IMG/VR virus record: IMGVR_UViG_3300046385_000041
Span: 1-60,150 of that record
Strand: one strand, 5' to 3'
DNA from: a virus
Taxonomy: Duplodnaviria > Caudoviricetes
Length of the DNA: 60,150 nucleotides
The position numbers and the translations under genes were made by a program. Below, piece after piece: positions 58,623 through 60,150 of this stretch. How positions within the stretch are numbered: the stretch's first letter is position 1; each line of letters starts with the position of its first letter. Below the pieces are notes generated by a model. It was not told the DNA's origin, ran no database searches, and was given only the letters and a program-made list of their open reading frames with translations.

Positions 58623-58825
58623 AGTTTACTTTCTAATATTAAAAATTCGTTATCATTACTATAAGTGTAGTTGCCAATTAAACAACCTGCTTGTGATCTT
58701 GTATAAAGATATGTTTGAGATCGCTTGTTAAACGGCTTGATACCCAGTGTTTTAGCGCGTGACAATAATGTATCAGAGTTTATATTTGTATAACCTGAAA
58801 TATCTTCTAAACTGTATAATTCCAT
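58598..58825 (-). CDS. Small HTH-like protein
   Basis: YSLEDISGYTNINSDTLLSRAKTLGI resembles MerR/excisionase-type HTH. Confidence 0.45.
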   Translation of the reverse strand: MELYSLEDISGYTNINSDTLLSRAKTLGIKPFNKRSQTYLYTRSQAGCLIGNYTYSNDNEFLILESKLCNTELNK

Positions 58826-58827
58826 TA

Positions 58828-59070
58828 TTAAAATTTTGTATTAGCAAATAAGTAAGCTGCTTCGTAAAAGTGCATTCTAATTATAAAGCTATCGCCGTTT
58901 TTTAAATAGATAATGCATCGATCGTTATTTTCCATAGATGCTCTTATTGCTGCCACTTCAGATTCATTTATAACAGCTTCAGCCCAAATTGATTCTTTTG
59001 ATTCAACACCAAGATTAGCAAGATCTTTATTGTAAACTTCTATTTCTACTTGTATAAAACTATTTTCCAT
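58828..59070 (-). CDS. Hypothetical early protein
   Basis: ORF in cluster. Confidence 0.55.
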   Translation of the reverse strand: MENSFIQVEIEVYNKDLANLGVESKESIWAEAVINESEVAAIRASMENNDRCIIYLKNGDSFIIRMHFYEAAYLFANTKF

Positions 59071-59510
59071 TATTTATCTTTTAAGTGTGCTTTACCAATT
59101 GTATAATATTTTTGGTAACCATCAACAGCATCGGCCATTTTGTATTCGTCAGGCATACATTGCGGTGGATCACAAAAGTCGACAGCGTGTATAGCATGCG
59201 GTACATTAGAAAGAATCTCACGACACTTTGCAATAGTTAAATGATGTTTACCGTAACGTTTAGTATATTCAGCACCAAGAGCTAACATATATTCGTAGCA
59301 CCACATATAATTAGCCACTGATGATCGTACCCATACAGCAGATGGATGATTCATGTGGGTTTTTTTGTATGGAACATCGCCTGGATTACCAGCTAAATGA
59401 TGCGCTGTACAAAGCAATTGCGCTGCTTCTAAGACCATTTTAACAACATGCTTATTGTAATGTTGCTCAGCTGCTTTAACTGGATCTCTGTCTAAATAAA
59501 ATATATTCAT
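59070..59510 (-). CDS. Pyrimidine-dimer DNA glycosylase (DenV-like)
   Basis: MNIFYLD...KHVVKMxLExAQLL, YKKTHxNHP, EYTxRYGKxH, PQCMPDEYK. Confidence 0.8.
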   Translation of the reverse strand: MNIFYLDRDPVKAAEQHYNKHVVKMVLEAAQLLCTAHHLAGNPGDVPYKKTHMNHPSAVWVRSSVANYMWCYEYMLALGAEYTKRYGKHHLTIAKCREILSNVPHAIHAVDFCDPPQCMPDEYKMADAVDGYQKYYTIGKAHLKDK

Positions 59511-59529
59511 AGTTTGTTTTTTTATATTA

Positions 59530-59563
59530 ATATTATCAATTGTTATTCGTATTTGTTTTGTAA
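59530..59563 (-). promoter_or_regulatory. Putative phage early promoter, copy 2
   Basis: TTACAAAACAAATACGAATAACAATTGATAATAT. Confidence 0.6.
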
Positions 59564-59564
59564 A

Positions 59565-59849
59565 CTACTCCTCGGTTTCAAAATAACACGGTATTTTTAA
59601 TTTAAAATTATCTTCAGTTTCTAATTCTAATATAGGCGTTGCAAAATAACTTCTATGAATACCAGCAATCTTTGTTCCTTTAGATAATTTATTTGTGAAC
59701 TTACCGTCTTCCCATATAGTTTCAGCAGTCCAAAACCAATCTTCTTCCATGCCAAGTGACGCAGATATTAATTGCCCAAATCCTTGATCAGATAAGTATT
59801 GTTTTATAGTTGCTTTCGCTTTTTTGTAATCATAATTTTTGTAATACAT
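59565..59849 (-). CDS. Hypothetical early protein
   Basis: LGMEEDWFWTA motif; clean ORF. Confidence 0.6.
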   Translation of the reverse strand: MYYKNYDYKKAKATIKQYLSDQGFGQLISASLGMEEDWFWTAETIWEDGKFTNKLSKGTKIAGIHRSYFATPILELETEDNFKLKIPCYFETEE

Positions 59850-59869
59850 AGTGTTTGTTTTGTAAATTG

Positions 59870-59940
59870 TGACCGAGATAGGATTCGAACCTATATGTAG
59901 TAGGATTTCTACTATGCTTTACCAATTACGCCACTCGATC
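59870..59940 (-). tRNA. tRNA-like element with non-canonical anticodon arm
   Basis: Acceptor GATCGAG/CTCGGTC, T-arm ATAGG-TTCGAAT-CCTAT; anticodon loop GAAATCC lacks U33 and purine 37. Confidence 0.55.
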
Positions 59941-59945
59941 ATTTG

Positions 59946-60018
59946 TGGACCTAGTAGGATTCGAACCTACGACCTTGACATTATGAGTGTCCTGCTCTAA
60001 CCAACTGAGCATAAGTCC
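59946..60018 (-). tRNA. tRNA with CAT anticodon (Ile2 more likely than Met)
   Basis: GGACTTA/TAGGTCC acceptor, GCTC/GAGC D-stem, CTCATAA loop, GTAGG-TTCGAAT-CCTAC T-arm; no encoded CCA. Confidence 0.85.
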
Positions 60019-60025
60019 TTAAGTA

Positions 60026-60150
60026 TTACTGTTCAGCAATAATACTATCGTCACCAAATACTTCTGTAAAGTTATCCAGCATATATTCATCAAACTCTTC
60101 AGTCCAACGATCAAAATCTACATTAACATGATTAAGTACAAGCTGATTGT
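60026..60150 (-). CDS. Partial acidic hypothetical protein (5' end outside window)
   Basis: Open frame ...DFDRWTEEFDEYMLDNFTEVFGDDSIIAEQ*. Confidence 0.5.
   Translation of the reverse strand, partial: NQLVLNHVNVDFDRWTEEFDEYMLDNFTEVFGDDSIIAEQ

Noticed and set aside
1-60150. Stop-codon reassignment (TAG or TGA)
   Set aside because: Genes are full length and densely packed under code 11; TAG ends genes normally (14375, 31168, nrdA); no suppressor tRNA seen

Overview
About 60 kb of a lytic, AT-rich dsDNA podovirus-type phage genome. It most likely infects Bacteroidota/Flavobacteria: start regions are A-rich without Shine-Dalgarno motifs, TerL/portal/MCP have crAss-like sizes, and GroEL/GroES are present as in Cellulophaga phi38:1-like phages. 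The + strand arm (1-43203) carries tail fibres, a lysis cassette, chaperonins, small basic proteins, terminase, portal, capsid, tail ring/muzzle and ejection proteins, and ends in a 2545-aa polyvalent protein. The - strand arm (43271-60150) carries a 2OG-Fe(II) oxygenase, NrdAB, nucleases, NTP pyrophosphatases, a ThyA homolog, primase-helicase, SSB, RecE/ERF recombination genes, a sigma factor, a Rep-like protein, many small early genes and two tRNA/tRNA-like genes. Two candidate systems stand out. (1) The giant ejection protein looks like a polyprotein, with an HExxH protease, IKFS-type linkers and an embedded sigma70 region-2 domain; it may pair with a non-host 34-bp early promoter repeat, suggesting a virion-delivered sigma factor in place of a virion RNA polymerase. 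(2) The ThyA homolog carries Asn->Asp and His->Tyr changes at the two positions whose mutation turns thymidylate synthase into a dCMP methylase, and lies next to two all-alpha NTP pyrophosphatases, with a 2OG-Fe(II) oxygenase at the end of the same gene run, suggesting cytosine modification. All calls are by-eye motif recognition; no searches were run.
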